DNA of 64,000 nucleotides from Coleofasciculus chthonoplastes F2-STO-03 (GCA_040222015.1 JAVJWO010000179.1:1-64000), one strand, 5' to 3'. Positions 29,633-41,706 are shown, counted from the stretch's first letter. Notes: generated by a model not told the origin, from the letters alone. Program-made: numbers and translations.

Positions 29633-31138
29633 TCAACTAAATCGACCTAAGAGAGCCTCTCGCGCTTGTTCACGGTCATCGAAGTGTATTTTTTCGGTTC
29701 CTAATATTTGATAGTCTTCGTGACCTTTTCCGGCAATTAACACCCCATCACCCGGTTTGGCGTCTAAGATAGCTGTGCGAATCGCTGTGGCGCGATCGCT
29801 AATTACGATTGGCTCTACAGTCGCCGGAATTCCTTCTAAGATATCTTGAATAATCCGTTCTGGGTCTTCAGTACGAGGATTATCTGATGTCACCACCGCG
29901 ACATCGGCTAATTCTGCGCCAATTTTCCCCATCTTCGGACGCTTGGTGCGATCGCGATCGCCTCCACATCCAAATACGCAAATCATTTTCCCCTGAATAA
30001 AGGGTCGAGAGGCTTTGAGCAAGTTCTCTAAACTATCTGGCGTATGGGCATAATCGACAATTACGCTAATATCCTGATCCGGTTGAAGTTGCACCCGTTC
30101 CATCCGCCCTGGTACTCCCGGAAATTGGTTTAAGGTGGTGACTACTGTTTGTAGATCTAACCCTAAATTTAACACTGCACCAATAGCAGCCAAGACATTG
30201 GACAAATTGTACTGACCCACCAGGGGAGAATTGAATGTCACTTCACCTACTGGTGTGTGCAGTGTTCCTTTAACACCAATCAATGTATAAGTCAAGTTGC
30301 TCGTATACAAATCTGCCGAGGAATCTTGAACACTGTAACTCCAAGTGCGATCGCGTCCAACTTGTTCGATTAAGCGCTTACCATACGGATCATCGGCATT
30401 AATAATCGCTTTGCCGTGGAGATAATCGGAATTAAACAATAATGCCTTTGCCGCAAAATAATCCTCCATGTCGCGGTGGAAATCCAAATGGTCTTGGGTG
30501 AGATTGGTAAATACAGCGACATCAAACTCACAGCCTAACACCCGACCTTGGGCTAAGGCGTGGGAACTGACTTCCATCACCCCTAACTCACAGCCTGCTG
30601 CTACTGCTGAATGTAACTGCTGTTGTAGTTCTACGGGAAACGGTGTGGTGTGAACCGCCGTTTGGGAAAATCCTTGCCAACGGGCATAAAGGGTACCAAA
30701 AAGGGCAGTGGGACGTTGGGCTTGGGTGAGGATAAATTCAATTAGATGGGTGGTGGTAGTTTTGCCATTTGTACCCGTGACGCCAACTAACTGAAGCTGG
30801 CGGGTGGGGTAGTCATAGAACGCCGCCGCTGCTTGGGCGCAGGCTACCGTCATGTCAGTGGCACAGATAATGCAGGGCGGTTCAGCATCAGGTTTCGGCT
30901 GAGGGGGGTGTTTTTGTGCCGCTTGGGGAGAAATTAACGCCGCGACAGCACCCGACGCGATCGCACTTTGCCAAAATTCCCCACCATCGACACGGGTTCC
31001 CGGCATTCCAATAAACAAATTGCCGGGTTGACAGGCGTGGGAATTGGTACAGATTCCTGTGATTTGGGCGTCAAGTGCTGGATGATTCGGCAGTTGCACG
31101 CTATTAGGAATCGCCCTTAGTAAATCATGTAGCTTCAT
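29633..31138 (-). CDS. murE: UDP-MurNAc-tripeptide synthetase (meso-DAP ligase)
   Basis: GVTGTNGKTT, MEVSSH, NLTQDHLDFH, DYAHTPD, DNPR, AGKGHE. Confidence 0.97.
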   Translation of the reverse strand: MKLHDLLRAIPNSVQLPNHPALDAQITGICTNSHACQPGNLFIGMPGTRVDGGEFWQSAIASGAVAALISPQAAQKHPPQPKPDAEPPCIICATDMTVACAQAAAAFYDYPTRQLQLVGVTGTNGKTTTTHLIEFILTQAQRPTALFGTLYARWQGFSQTAVHTTPFPVELQQQLHSAVAAGCELGVMEVSSHALAQGRVLGCEFDVAVFTNLTQDHLDFHRDMEDYFAAKALLFNSDYLHGKAIINADDPYGKRLIEQVGRDRTWSYSVQDSSADLYTSNLTYTLIGVKGTLHTPVGEVTFNSPLVGQYNLSNVLAAIGAVLNLGLDLQTVVTTLNQFPGVPGRMERVQLQPDQDISVIVDYAHTPDSLENLLKASRPFIQGKMICVFGCGGDRDRTKRPKMGKIGAELADVAVVTSDNPRTEDPERIIQDILEGIPATVEPIVISDRATAIRTAILDAKPGDGVLIAGKGHEDYQILGTEKIHFDDREQAREALLGRFS

Positions 31139-31371
31139 ACTCAATTAACTCCTCACGATGAGAGGGATAGGGGCAAAGAAGAACTACAGAGTAGCACTCC
31201 TGTGGCTTGTTAGGATTACAGAGACGCGATCGCTATCAGGCGAAACCCATTAAATCCCTTAAACTGCGAGGTCGAAAGCAAAAGACGCTAATTTACAGTG
31301 TATTGGGACAAAAACCCCAGATCCAACCTCAACCTGATTCGTACACCCAGTCGGCTGCTGTTTTTTCCGGC

Positions 31372-31635
31372 TTACAAATATTTCTGTAACATTTTCTCTA
31401 ACTGCGGCACACTCAAACGGGGTGAAGGGCGAGGAAGCGGTGTTTCTTTCCCGTCTTTGTGATAACACAGCACGGGTACTTGATATTGATAAGCTTGGAA
31501 CCAATCGTCCCGCTGGGTAATGTTCCGCACCACAAGAAGAAAATCCAATGTTTGAATTTGTTCGAGCTTTTCTTGTAACCCTTCGCACAGGTGGCAACCC
31601 GGTTTGCTGTACAAAATTAAGGTGTCATTTGTCAT
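31372..31635 (-). CDS. Glutaredoxin-like protein (DUF836 type)
   Basis: LYSKPGCHLC ... VPVL. Confidence 0.88.
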   Translation of the reverse strand: MTNDTLILYSKPGCHLCEGLQEKLEQIQTLDFLLVVRNITQRDDWFQAYQYQVPVLCYHKDGKETPLPRPSPRLSVPQLEKMLQKYL

Positions 31636-31795
31636 TGGTTATTGGTCAACAGCATCTAGAACAATGAAGATGGGGCAGTTTTGAGTGGGAGCGGTTTGGA
31701 TTAACACCCAACACTCGGACGGCGTCCGGCTGGGTTTCGCTAACGCTAACATCCACCTGTGTCCCATCACCTTTTCCCCAATTCCAATTTTAGAG

Positions 31796-31869
31796 CGCCC
31801 TCGGTAGGACTCGAACCCACGGCCAAAGGATTAGAAATCCCTTGCTCTATCCACCTGAGCTACGAGGGC
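31796..31869 (-). tRNA. trnR: tRNA-Arg (anticodon UCU)
   Basis: GCCCTCG acceptor stem, D-loop AGGTGGATA, anticodon loop TT-TCT-AA, GGTTCGAGTCC T-arm; no encoded CCA. Confidence 0.95.
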
Positions 31870-32314
31870 ATAGATTTATAATACAAAAATTAAACCCCTA
31901 ACTGGCAAGATTCATTGTAGATCAGGGTAGCAGAAATATAGGATATGGTTAATGATTGTAACATTGTAACCGACATTGGGTTTTGCTTGTGCAAGGTGTT
32001 TGTCCCAATATTTGAGGAAACTAAAGACTCAAGCAGCTTGAGGTCAAGGTAAACTACTATAGACCAACATACATAACGGATCAAAACTTGTGTCAACTAT
32101 CCCACTCATAGCTGGGGGCATGGATGAGGTATCCAGCTGCGACAAACAGATCAGTTGTCAGTTTAGGAGATTGGCTCACAAACTGGATGTGCTTCTGTTT
32201 CACTCGCCCAAGTCCCAGACAAGACAGACAAGACAGACAAGATAGATGGTTAATTAGATTACAGCTCGTCCTGTAGCACCACCCTAGCCCGGTCAGGAGT
32301 CATTTGCCAGTGTT

Positions 32315-32974
32315 ATGTTTATTCTGAAAAGGCAGGATGTTGAAATTTCTAGCATTCAGCACCCGAAGCGAGAGCAGCAAATCCCGATTCTCAGTTATCA
32401 AGGGCAAACCTTTCGCTTGATCAGCGTGTTTCGCGCTCATCAGGAAGAAGAAGCCCGCTCCTTCTGGCGAGATTTGACAGATAATCAGGGAAAAGCTTGT
32501 GTTTTACTAGAAGAAACAGACCGCTTTAGTGTGTGGGGAAAAATTCGTCTAGAGCAATTAGGTACAGAAGGCGGTCCAGATACCAAAATTGCTCCCTATA
32601 CCCAAGCCTGTCTCCTACTGCTGCAAACAGTTTACCTGGATGTTGAAGATTTACTCGGAAATAGGCAAGCGGGATTGTTTCAGAAGGATATCACGGAAGT
32701 CTTTCAACAATGGCATTTTCCCCAAGCCGATTCGCCGGAAGCCGTGAATCACTTACTGACCGTCGATCCGCTCAACACCCTGCAAGTTCCACCGTGGGAA
32801 GAACACCATCTGATTACCCTATTGCAGGAACTCTATCGCTTGGGCAAGGAATACTTTGGCAATGCGAATTTTGCCGAAGGAGTGGGCGATATCTTACAGG
32901 ATATGCCAGCAAATGAGCAAACTCAGTTTATGGAGTGGCTCAAATCCTCTCCCCTAGGAAAGTTGTGGCAATAA
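32315..32974 (+). CDS. Conserved cyanobacterial protein (Npun_F0813-like)
   Basis: MFILKRQDVEI...FWRDLTDNQGKACVLLEE; family name recalled, not searched. Confidence 0.75.
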   Translation: MFILKRQDVEISSIQHPKREQQIPILSYQGQTFRLISVFRAHQEEEARSFWRDLTDNQGKACVLLEETDRFSVWGKIRLEQLGTEGGPDTKIAPYTQACLLLLQTVYLDVEDLLGNRQAGLFQKDITEVFQQWHFPQADSPEAVNHLLTVDPLNTLQVPPWEEHHLITLLQELYRLGKEYFGNANFAEGVGDILQDMPANEQTQFMEWLKSSPLGKLWQ

Positions 32975-33109
32975 TGGAACGTCAAGGATAAATAAATGTA
33001 TCATGGATGGTTGCCAAGATGGAATTTTAGGACATCAGCCGCTAAGTTTATAAATAAGTATTGCTTACGTAATTGCCATTGTTAGAGATTTCAAAATAAA
33101 GAAAGCATT

Positions 33110-34150
33110 ATGAGCAGCTCTGTAGATAAGTCATCTGGAACTCAATCCCTACTGACAGGTCAGAATATCGTCTATCTAGGAATTGGGTGGGCAGTAGTGT
33201 CTATGCTGTTTTTTCTACTGTTTAGCGTAAAACCACCGGGAGAAGAGTATCCCTTTTGGTACTCCTTTAGCACATATCTCCTGGAGTGTTTACCCTTCTT
33301 AGGAGCTGCATTACTCTGCTATAGAAATTGGCGTAGCCCTCAGATTGCCAGTGGACGCAATGTCTGGCTGGGAATTGGTTTAGGTATGCTTTTTTACTTT
33401 ATCGCCAACGTGATATTTGGCGTATGGGAGCTATACTTTGGTCTTGACCCAGATGTATCCCCTGCCGATTTCTTTTACGTGATTTCTTATATCTGTATTG
33501 GTTGGGGCATGATTTTAGCCGTTCTGCCGAGGCGCTTAAATTTAGAGTGGAAGCAGTGGGTAACGGTGGGATTAATCGCTGCTTTGGGGATTGCTTTAGC
33601 CGTTTGGGTTTTATTAGCTCCTCCTGTAGCCGTAGAGTCAGAGGCTAACAATTCTGTCTTGCCAACAACTGAGTCAGCAACAGCAAGAGTATCCCCCCGA
33701 TTGGTGGCTTCTCTTTCACTACGGGTGGCAGTTAGCCCAACTGAAGCTGCCGCAACGCCTGAAGCTGAGGTTCCAGAAACTGGTAAGTTGCCCGGTTGGG
33801 TTATTTCTTTGGATCAAGCCCTCAGTCCTTTATCAAAAACGTTGAATTTTGTATACATCGTTTTTGATGTCTTCCTACTCATCATTGCCTCAACACTTTT
33901 GTTAGCATTTTGGGGGGGGCGCTTTGCCCAATCATGGCGCATGATTGCCGCAGCAACATTTTCCCTATACATTGCGGATATGGGGTTTAAAGCTTATGGC
34001 GCTCTGGCTAAGGCTCGTGGTCAAGAATATGAAAGTGGGGGTCTCCTAGATGTCTTCTTTATATTTAGTGCCTTACTTTTTGCCATAGGCGCTGCCCTGG
34101 AATATGACGTCTCTAGTCGTTCTCGTCGCGGTTCACGTCGGCGAACTTAA
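33110..34150 (+). CDS. Multi-pass membrane hypothetical protein
   Basis: Several hydrophobic segments; basic C-terminal tail. Confidence 0.8.
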   Translation: MSSSVDKSSGTQSLLTGQNIVYLGIGWAVVSMLFFLLFSVKPPGEEYPFWYSFSTYLLECLPFLGAALLCYRNWRSPQIASGRNVWLGIGLGMLFYFIANVIFGVWELYFGLDPDVSPADFFYVISYICIGWGMILAVLPRRLNLEWKQWVTVGLIAALGIALAVWVLLAPPVAVESEANNSVLPTTESATARVSPRLVASLSLRVAVSPTEAAATPEAEVPETGKLPGWVISLDQALSPLSKTLNFVYIVFDVFLLIIASTLLLAFWGGRFAQSWRMIAAATFSLYIADMGFKAYGALAKARGQEYESGGLLDVFFIFSALLFAIGAALEYDVSSRSRRGSRRRT

Positions 34151-34158
34151 AATTAGCT

Positions 34159-35187
34159 ATGAGTCCAAGAAAACTAACTGAAACCGATAAAAAAAATATT
34201 TTGAACTTGTATCGACAGCCAGAAGAGACAACCTCAACCCTGGCTGATCGTTATGGTGTCAGTAATTCAACGATTAGCCGCCTGCTCAAAAGCACGTTGT
34301 TGGAGTCGGACTATGAAGCCCTCATCCAGCAAAAGCGAGCTAATCGCACGCCAGGATCAGGGACAGCGACGAAGCCAAAACCCAAGCTAGTGGAACGGAT
34401 TGAACCTAAATCATTGTCGGTTTCTCCCTCTCCCCAACCCTCTATAGAATCGGAAGAGGAAGAATCTATAGAATCGGAAGAGGAAGAATCAGAAGACGAA
34501 GAATCAGGATTTGAGTATCCCAATCAACGTCGGCGGCGCAAACGCTCTTCTGTAACTGATCAATCTGATGTAGAATCCCAGGCAAAACAAGGTGAGTTGC
34601 CTCTGGAGTTTAATCGAACAGAAACTCAAAGGGATACAGAAGACTCAGACGATCTGCTTGAAGAAATGGATCAGGCAGAAACCAGCCACCTAAAGGATTT
34701 GTTAGATGAAGATTTAATGGATTTAGACGAGGATTTAGACGAGGATTTAGATGAGGATTTAGATGAGGATTTTGAGGAGGATTGGGACGAAGACGAGGAT
34801 GAGGAAGATAGTGCTATTCCACAACCTCTGACGACGACTCATGTTCCCAGGGGGGCAAATATTCAGGTTTTACCCCTATCGGAAGCTTCTTTTCCGAAAC
34901 CCTGCTATTTAGTGATAGACCGAGCCGCCGAGTTAATTGCGCGACCTCTGCGAGAATTTAGTGACTTGGGAGGTATTCCGGCTGAGGAATTCCAGCAACA
35001 AACTTTGCCAGTTTTTGATAATCATAGGGTGGCACGACGCTTTTCCAACCGTTCCCAGCGCGTGATTAAAGTGCCTGATGGGAAAATGTTGCAGAAAACC
35101 TGTTCTTATCTACAAGCCAAAGGCATTACCCGCCTTTTGATTGATGGTCAGGTCTATTCATTGTTAACAGCACCGTTGTTTGAATAG
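34159..35187 (+). CDS. Conserved cyanobacterial protein with N-terminal HTH and acidic linker
   Basis: TTSTLADRYGVSNSTISRLLK; D/E-rich middle built from 12- and 24-bp tandem repeats. Confidence 0.8.
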   Translation: MSPRKLTETDKKNILNLYRQPEETTSTLADRYGVSNSTISRLLKSTLLESDYEALIQQKRANRTPGSGTATKPKPKLVERIEPKSLSVSPSPQPSIESEEEESIESEEEESEDEESGFEYPNQRRRRKRSSVTDQSDVESQAKQGELPLEFNRTETQRDTEDSDDLLEEMDQAETSHLKDLLDEDLMDLDEDLDEDLDEDLDEDFEEDWDEDEDEEDSAIPQPLTTTHVPRGANIQVLPLSEASFPKPCYLVIDRAAELIARPLREFSDLGGIPAEEFQQQTLPVFDNHRVARRFSNRSQRVIKVPDGKMLQKTCSYLQAKGITRLLIDGQVYSLLTAPLFE

Positions 35188-35299
35188 GGGCAGATGTTGT
35201 CATTGGTTATTCGTCCCTCATCCCCTAACCCCTTCTCCCAGAGGTTCCATCGATGTGGCACAATAAAAGGCGTGATTTATCGGTTATCAGGTAATCAAA

Positions 35300-36394
35300 G
35301 TGAGTCTGACTGCCCAAGCCCCTAAGACTGCTCGTCGCGTCGTTTTTCCGTTTACCGCCATCGTCGGTCAAGCAGAAATGAAGCTGGCTCTCCTGCTGAA
35401 TGTCATTGACCCCAAAATTGGTGGAGTAATGATTATGGGCGATCGCGGTACGGGTAAGTCCACCACCATTCGGGCGTTGGCTGACTTGTTGCCGGAAATT
35501 GAGGTGGTTGCCGACGATCCCTTCAATAGCGATCCCAACGAACCCGACTGGATGAATAGTAATGGAGAAGTACAATCTGATTCAACAGTCAAGAAAAAAG
35601 TTCCGATGGTTGATCTGCCCTTGGGCGCAACCGAAGACCGAGTGTGCGGCACGATTGATATTGAAAAGGCATTAGCCGAAGGGGTGAAAGCCTTTGAACC
35701 CGGACTGTTAGCTAAAGCTAATCGCGGTATCCTCTATGTCGATGAAGTAAATCTACTTGACGATCACCTCGTTGATGTGCTACTGGACTCAGCGGCTAGT
35801 GGTTGGAATACCGTCGAACGAGAAGGCATTTCCATTCGCCATCCGGCTCGTTTTGTGTTGGTGGGTTCTGGCAACCCGGAAGAAGGAGAACTGCGTCCGC
35901 AACTCCTGGATCGTTTCGGCATGCACGCGGAAATCCGCACGGTCAAAGAGCCAACGCTGCGGGTAAAAATTGTGGAGGAACGCGCCGCGTTTGACAAAAA
36001 TCCCTTGGATTACATCAAAGAACACCAGGAAGTCCAAGAGACATTGCAGCAGCAAATCGTCACCGCCCAGGCGCAACTGCCCCAAGTTGAAATGGACTAT
36101 GACATGCGGGTGAATATTTCTGAGATTTGCTCAGAATTGGATGTGGATGGATTGCGAGGGGATATTGTCACCAACCGTGCAGCCAAAGCCTTGGCTGCTT
36201 TTGAAGGGCGCACGGAAGTCACAGTGGATGATATTCGCCGGGTGATTACACTATGCTTACGTCACCGCTTGCGGAAAGACCCCTTGGAGTCGATTGACTC
36301 AGGCTACAAGGTACAAAAAGCCTTCGGTCGTGTATTTGGGGTGGAGACGGAACCAGAAGCCGATGCTGCCATGGCAGTGAGTGGATCTCGCTAA
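35300..36394 (+). CDS. chlI: Magnesium chelatase subunit I
   Basis: [34 protein letters not shown]. Confidence 0.97.
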   Translation: MSLTAQAPKTARRVVFPFTAIVGQAEMKLALLLNVIDPKIGGVMIMGDRGTGKSTTIRALADLLPEIEVVADDPFNSDPNEPDWMNSNGEVQSDSTVKKKVPMVDLPLGATEDRVCGTIDIEKALAEGVKAFEPGLLAKANRGILYVDEVNLLDDHLVDVLLDSAASGWNTVEREGISIRHPARFVLVGSGNPEEGELRPQLLDRFGMHAEIRTVKEPTLRVKIVEERAAFDKNPLDYIKEHQEVQETLQQQIVTAQAQLPQVEMDYDMRVNISEICSELDVDGLRGDIVTNRAAKALAAFEGRTEVTVDDIRRVITLCLRHRLRKDPLESIDSGYKVQKAFGRVFGVETEPEADAAMAVSGSR

Positions 36395-36596
36395 GGTATA
36401 TTGGGGAAATTGGCGAACAACCTACACTTGGCTGACGCTAGGTGTAGGTTTTAAGACGAAGCGATCGCGTCGTTCGCAGTTGCGCTTGTAGTTGCGCTTG
36501 TAGTTGCGCTGTCTTCGCCATCAACTGAACACAGCCATCATTAACCCTATTTAAAATAATAATTAAACCCGCACCCCCCCATAAAAATCCAGCGCC

Positions 36597-39500
36597 GTGA
36601 TCCCCATCAACCTCGACCCAATCATCACTGCAATCAGCGCGATCGCACGTCCAGCCGCCCCCATACTCAAAAATAAGCTAGAACGCGACGAAACCGTCAT
36701 CAAACTCCTGAAAAAATTTAATCTCGATCCCGAACATCCCCATCCTGACTTTACCAGTATTTATCAATACGCCTTTGTCGAATATGGCATCGGCAAACCC
36801 CAGCCAATTCTCCAACTATTCCGCCAAAAAGAGATTCAACAGGCTTTTCGCCAAGCCTTCGATCGCAATAACCCCTCCATTCTCCTGCAACAAGGGGAAG
36901 CCTTTCTCGACGGATACGCCTTAGGGGATGAAATCCGAGAATTAAGAATTGACCCCAAGCGCGAATTTGCCGCATTTGCTACCGTATTCATTGAAGTCGC
37001 CAAGCGATCGCGCACTCCAGCAGACGTTCTCACCAACCAGAAAATCGACTCCTTACATAAATCGATGAGAACCCTGCATCAACGGTTGGATAGACTCCCC
37101 ACCTTAACCGGAATTCGCACCGAGATAGCGCGGTTGGCGACACAAGAATCTCTATTATCCGCCCAGGAATCATCAACCGAAATCCCTTGTCGGGCGTTTG
37201 GTTTAGCCCAAAAGATGAAAGGCTGGTTTGAAACCCTGGGTTATGACTTTGAACCCTATCAAATCTGGGATGATGCTTATGTTGAATGGATTGTCAACAT
37301 TCCCGCCCGACGCGGATATGACCGAATTTTGGTCAGGGGGATTGAGGGAGAAGCCGGAATTCGGGATGTCACCGCCCTGCGAGAGTCAGTGGATACTCAA
37401 CGCACTGATGAAGGCTGGTTAGTCACCCCACGCCGCATCAGTCGCGCCGCCCGTGATGCCGTGGAAACGCGGGAAAATCGTGATTTATTTTGTTACACCT
37501 TTGATGAATTATTGGATGAAGCCGCAGATTTTCGGGAGTATTTGAACTGGTTAGAAACAGAGGTAAAACGGCGAGGAATCGATCAAAAGTATGTGCCGTT
37601 AGCTTGCAGCAAAGCAGAGATTGATCCGATTACCCAGCGTCAAATTGCCGTGAGTCGTTACGATGAACGCGATGGCTGGATTGACGGGTATATTGACCTC
37701 TGGTTAGATGACCCAACCAAAGAGCATATCTCAATTTTGGGAGAATTTGGCACAGGCAAAACCTGGTTTGCCTTTCACTATGCCTGGATAGCATTACAAC
37801 GCTATCAGGAAGCTAAAAAACGCGGCGTTTCCCGTCCTCGCTTACCCTTAGTGATTACCCTGCGCGACTATGCCAAAGCTGTTGATGTAGAAAATGTTCT
37901 CGCGGGTTTCTTTTTTAGTCAGCATAACATTCGCCTGAATAGCAAAGTCTTTGATCAACTCAATCGCATGGGAAAATTGCTGCTCATATTCGATGGCTTT
38001 GACGAAATGGCAGCCAAGGTTGATCGCCAGCAAATGATTAACAATTTCTGGGAATTGGCGAAGGTAGTCGTACCCGGAAGCAAAGTTCTTTTAACCTGTC
38101 GCACCGAACATTTTCCCGAAGCTAAAGAAGAGCGGGCGTTGCTGAATGCGGAATTACAAGCCTCGACTGCGAATTTGACCGGGGAATCGCCTCAATTTGA
38201 AGTGCTGGAATTGGAAAAGTTTGAGGATGAGCAAATCCGTCAATTGTTGTCATTTCAAGCTCAACCTGCCACCGTTAATCAGGTGATGAAAAATCCGCAG
38301 TTATTGGATTTAGCCCGTCGTCCAATCATGACGGATTTGATAGTGGAAGCCTTACCAGATATTGAAGCAGGTAAACCTGTGGATATGTCCAGGATTTATC
38401 TGTATGCCGTGTGGCGCAAGATGGAACGGGATATTAAAGCCGAACGCACGTTTACATCGTTGGCAGATAAGCTTTATTTTCTGTGCGAGTTGGCGTGGGA
38501 GATGTTGTAAACGGATCAGATGAGTTTAAATTATCGGCAATTTCCTGATCGCATTCGTCGGTTATTTGGTTCAGTGGTTCGGGAGGAAAAGGATTTAGAT
38601 CACTGGCATTATGACATGATGGGGCAATCGATGCTGGTTCGTAATGCAGATGGCGATTATACTCCAGCACATCGTTCGCTATTGGAGTTTTTTGTGGCGT
38701 ATAAATTTGCCGCCGAGTTGGGGGTATTGGCGGCTGATTTTACTAAGTTGGCTCAAGCCCAATCTGATATTAATGAAAGTGCTACGCCTGAAAATTATAC
38801 CTGGTCATCTTATTTTCACCGTCAGATCAATGAGGCGGGGGATATGATTTATATTGCGCCGTTAAAGGGATTTAAGAGTGAGTCACTAGCGCATTTATGT
38901 CAAACATTAGGACAAGCAAAGTTGACGAAGGCGGTGATGGATTTGATTATACCGATGGTTGATTTAACCTCTCCAACTCCGCTGCTGGAAATTCTGGAAG
39001 CGACACAGGGTAAAAGTGAAGATGAAGTGGGATATGTTGGGGGGAATGTGGCGACACTACTGGTGAAGGTTGATCAGAGTGCGTTGGAAGGTAGAGATCT
39101 CAGCCATGCAGTTATTAAAAGCGCTGATTTTACAAGTGTTAGTTTGCGCGATGTAAATTTCACTAAAACAAATCTAACTGACTCTTTGTTTGGTAAGAAT
39201 TTAAGCACTATTTGGTCTGTGGCATTTAGTCCAGATGGACAAGTTTTAGCTACAAGTGATAATAGTGGTAGAATTCACCTATTTTCAACTAAAAACTACA
39301 GAGAATTTTTAACCTGTCAAGGAAGTATAAATCCTGTTTACTCAGTTACATTTAGTCCTGATGGAAAAGTCATTGCTGGTGGTGGTACTGAAAAAATACT
39401 GAAGTTTTGGAATACCATTACTGGTAAATGCATCAAAAAAATTCATGGACATAGTAATTCAATATCATCCGTTAACTTCAGTCCTATTGGTGACATCGTT

Positions 39501-41057
39501 GTTAGTGGTGGTTGTGACAATACGGTAAGGTTATGGGATGTCAATACTGGTCAATGCCTAAGAGTTTTTCATGGTCATGAAGGTACTGTGAATGCAGTAG
39601 TTTTTAGTTCAGACGGCATAGTAATTTATAGTGCTAGCAATGACGGTACGGTAAGGTTATGGGATGTCAATACTGGTCAATGCCTGAAAGTTTTTCAGAT
39701 GCATGAAGGTTGGGTAAAGTCAGTAGCCTTTAGTTCAAACAGGAAACTGCTTGCCACGGGAGGTGAAGATAAAACAGTAAGACTATGGGATGTTAATACT
39801 GGTAAGTGCTTAAAGATATTGGAAGGACATAATTTTTTTGTATGTTCAGTAGTTTTCAGTCCAGATGGAGAGATATTAGCTAGTGGTAGTCATGATCATA
39901 CAGTGCGATTATGGAATGTTAATACTGGTCAATGCCTAATAATTCTGAAGGGACATGACGGTTGGGTTCAAGCTATCTTTAGTCCAGATGGGAAGACTGT
40001 TGCTACTTACGGTCGTGACCAGGCAGTAAGGCTGTGGGATACCAGTACTGGTCACTGCTTAAAAAGCCTGCAAGGATTAAATAATTGGATATATTCTGTT
40101 GCATTCAGTCCAGATTCCAATACTGTTGTTAATAGTAGTAGCGATAAAACATTAAAATTATGGAATACAAAAACTGGTAAATGCTTAAAAATTTTTCCGG
40201 GGCATACAAAAGAGATACATTCAGTAACTTTTAGTCCGGATGGTCATTTACTTGCCAGTGGTAGTCATGACGGAACAGTTCGTTTGTGGGAAGTTAGTAC
40301 AGGTAAATGTTTGAAAAAAATCCTAACTCATAATTGGGTGGCTGCTGTTGTATTTAGTCCAAATGGTAAGACCATTGCTAGTGGCGGTAGTGATGACATA
40401 ATTGAAATTTGGGATATAGATACAACTAAATGTCTAAAAAAACTTTGTGGTCATACTAATTGGATATTTTCAGTTGCTTTTAGTCCAGATGGAGAATTGC
40501 TGGTTAGTGGTAGTGGTGATACAACAATAAGGATATGGAATATTAAATTTGGTATATGTATCAAAGTATTAAACACAAACATGGGTTGGATAAGGTCAGT
40601 TAATTTTAGTCCAAATGGACAAATTATTGCTAGTGGGGGTTCCAATGGAACAGTTGGCTTATGGGATACTAGCACAGGTAAAATTCTAAAAGCATGCCAA
40701 GGTCATACTGATATAGTAGAGTCAGTGACTTTTAGTCCAGATGGTAATATTCTTGCTAGTGGTAGTCGTGATCGAACAGTAAGGCTCTGGGATGCTAAAA
40801 CAGGTGAATATTTCAAAGTGCTGCGGGGTCACACAGATGAGATACATTCAGTTGCATTCAGCCTAGATGGTAAAACTATTGCTAGCGGTAGTGAAGATAA
40901 TTCACTTAAGCTCTGCGATGTTCAGACAGGTGAATGTCTGAAAACACTAAGGGATAGACCCTATGAGGGAATGAATATTACGGGGGTTATCGGTTTAACC
41001 GAAGCCGAGAAAACCACACTCAAAACTTTCGGTGCAGTAGAACTAACAAAAGATTAA
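36597..41057 (+). pseudogene. Restriction-endonuclease-fold / NACHT / pentapeptide / WD40 protein split by one in-frame TAA (38508-38510)
   Basis: Walker A GEFGTGKT, Walker B LLIFDGFDE; about 14 WD40 repeats; ORFs 36597-38510 and 38520-41057 share a frame (EML*TDQMSL). Confidence 0.85.
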
Positions 41058-41124
41058 GAATTTGGAAACCCGCGCAGGCGGGTTTTGTTTGTGTAGCTGC
41101 GGTTTCAACCGCCCAGCCAGTTTT

Positions 41125-41232
41125 CACTGCAATAATTACCCCGTCGTGCAGTTCATAGCGATGTTCTGAATTCTCTGGATACCAGGCAATAAATTCGTCA
41201 AATGTTAATTGTTTCGGTATAGCTTGAATCAT
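41125..41232 (-). pseudogene. 5' fragment of a Uma2-family endonuclease
   Basis: MIQAIPKQLTFDEFIAWYPENSEHRYELHDGVII, then runs into a palindromic repeat. Confidence 0.75.
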
Positions 41233-41576
41233 CGTCCCACAACCTGAACAATACCTGAGTTATATCATGTCCGCTTGAATACCCACAATCAGGACTGACA
41301 TTTCAGACGCGGAGCAATTTTTACAGCGTTTTGCAGCATTTTTCTAATCTCACAATTAAGGTGTGCCACACCACTATTACAGTGTGGCAGAAATAACTGA
41401 CCCGCTAACATCTCCCCTTGCTCGCCATAGTTCCACGCCTAGGAGTCTCTACAACCCCTGATTGCACAAAGGTGGTCAGTTACTTTTGCCGTCATGCACT
41501 AATATCAACAGGGGAAGCCATCGCTACAATTAAAACGGCGTTGTCCACCCCAAATCATGCGATCAATGAAACCCCC

Positions 41577-41706
41577 TAAGTAGTCGGACAAAAGAAAACG
41601 TCACTGTACTAAGTTTTGTAAACAAACCTTAAACCCTTACAAATGACAAATGACAAATGACGAATGACGATTTTCACCGTTCACTTTAAGTATGTCCACC
41701 TACTTA
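41577..41706. mobile_element. TA-flanked MITE carrying STRR heptamers
   Basis: TA|AGTAGTCGGACA ... TGTCCACCTACT|TA. Confidence 0.7.

Noticed and set aside
32092..32220. Degenerate HEARO/omegaRNA (starts GTCAACTATCCC)
   Set aside because: Weak hairpin, only scattered similarity, no linked iscB/isrB; needs a covariance-model search.
34159..35187. Transposase (HTH N-terminus)
   Set aside because: No DDE/HUH motif or terminal repeats; sits in a conserved-looking gene string before chlI.
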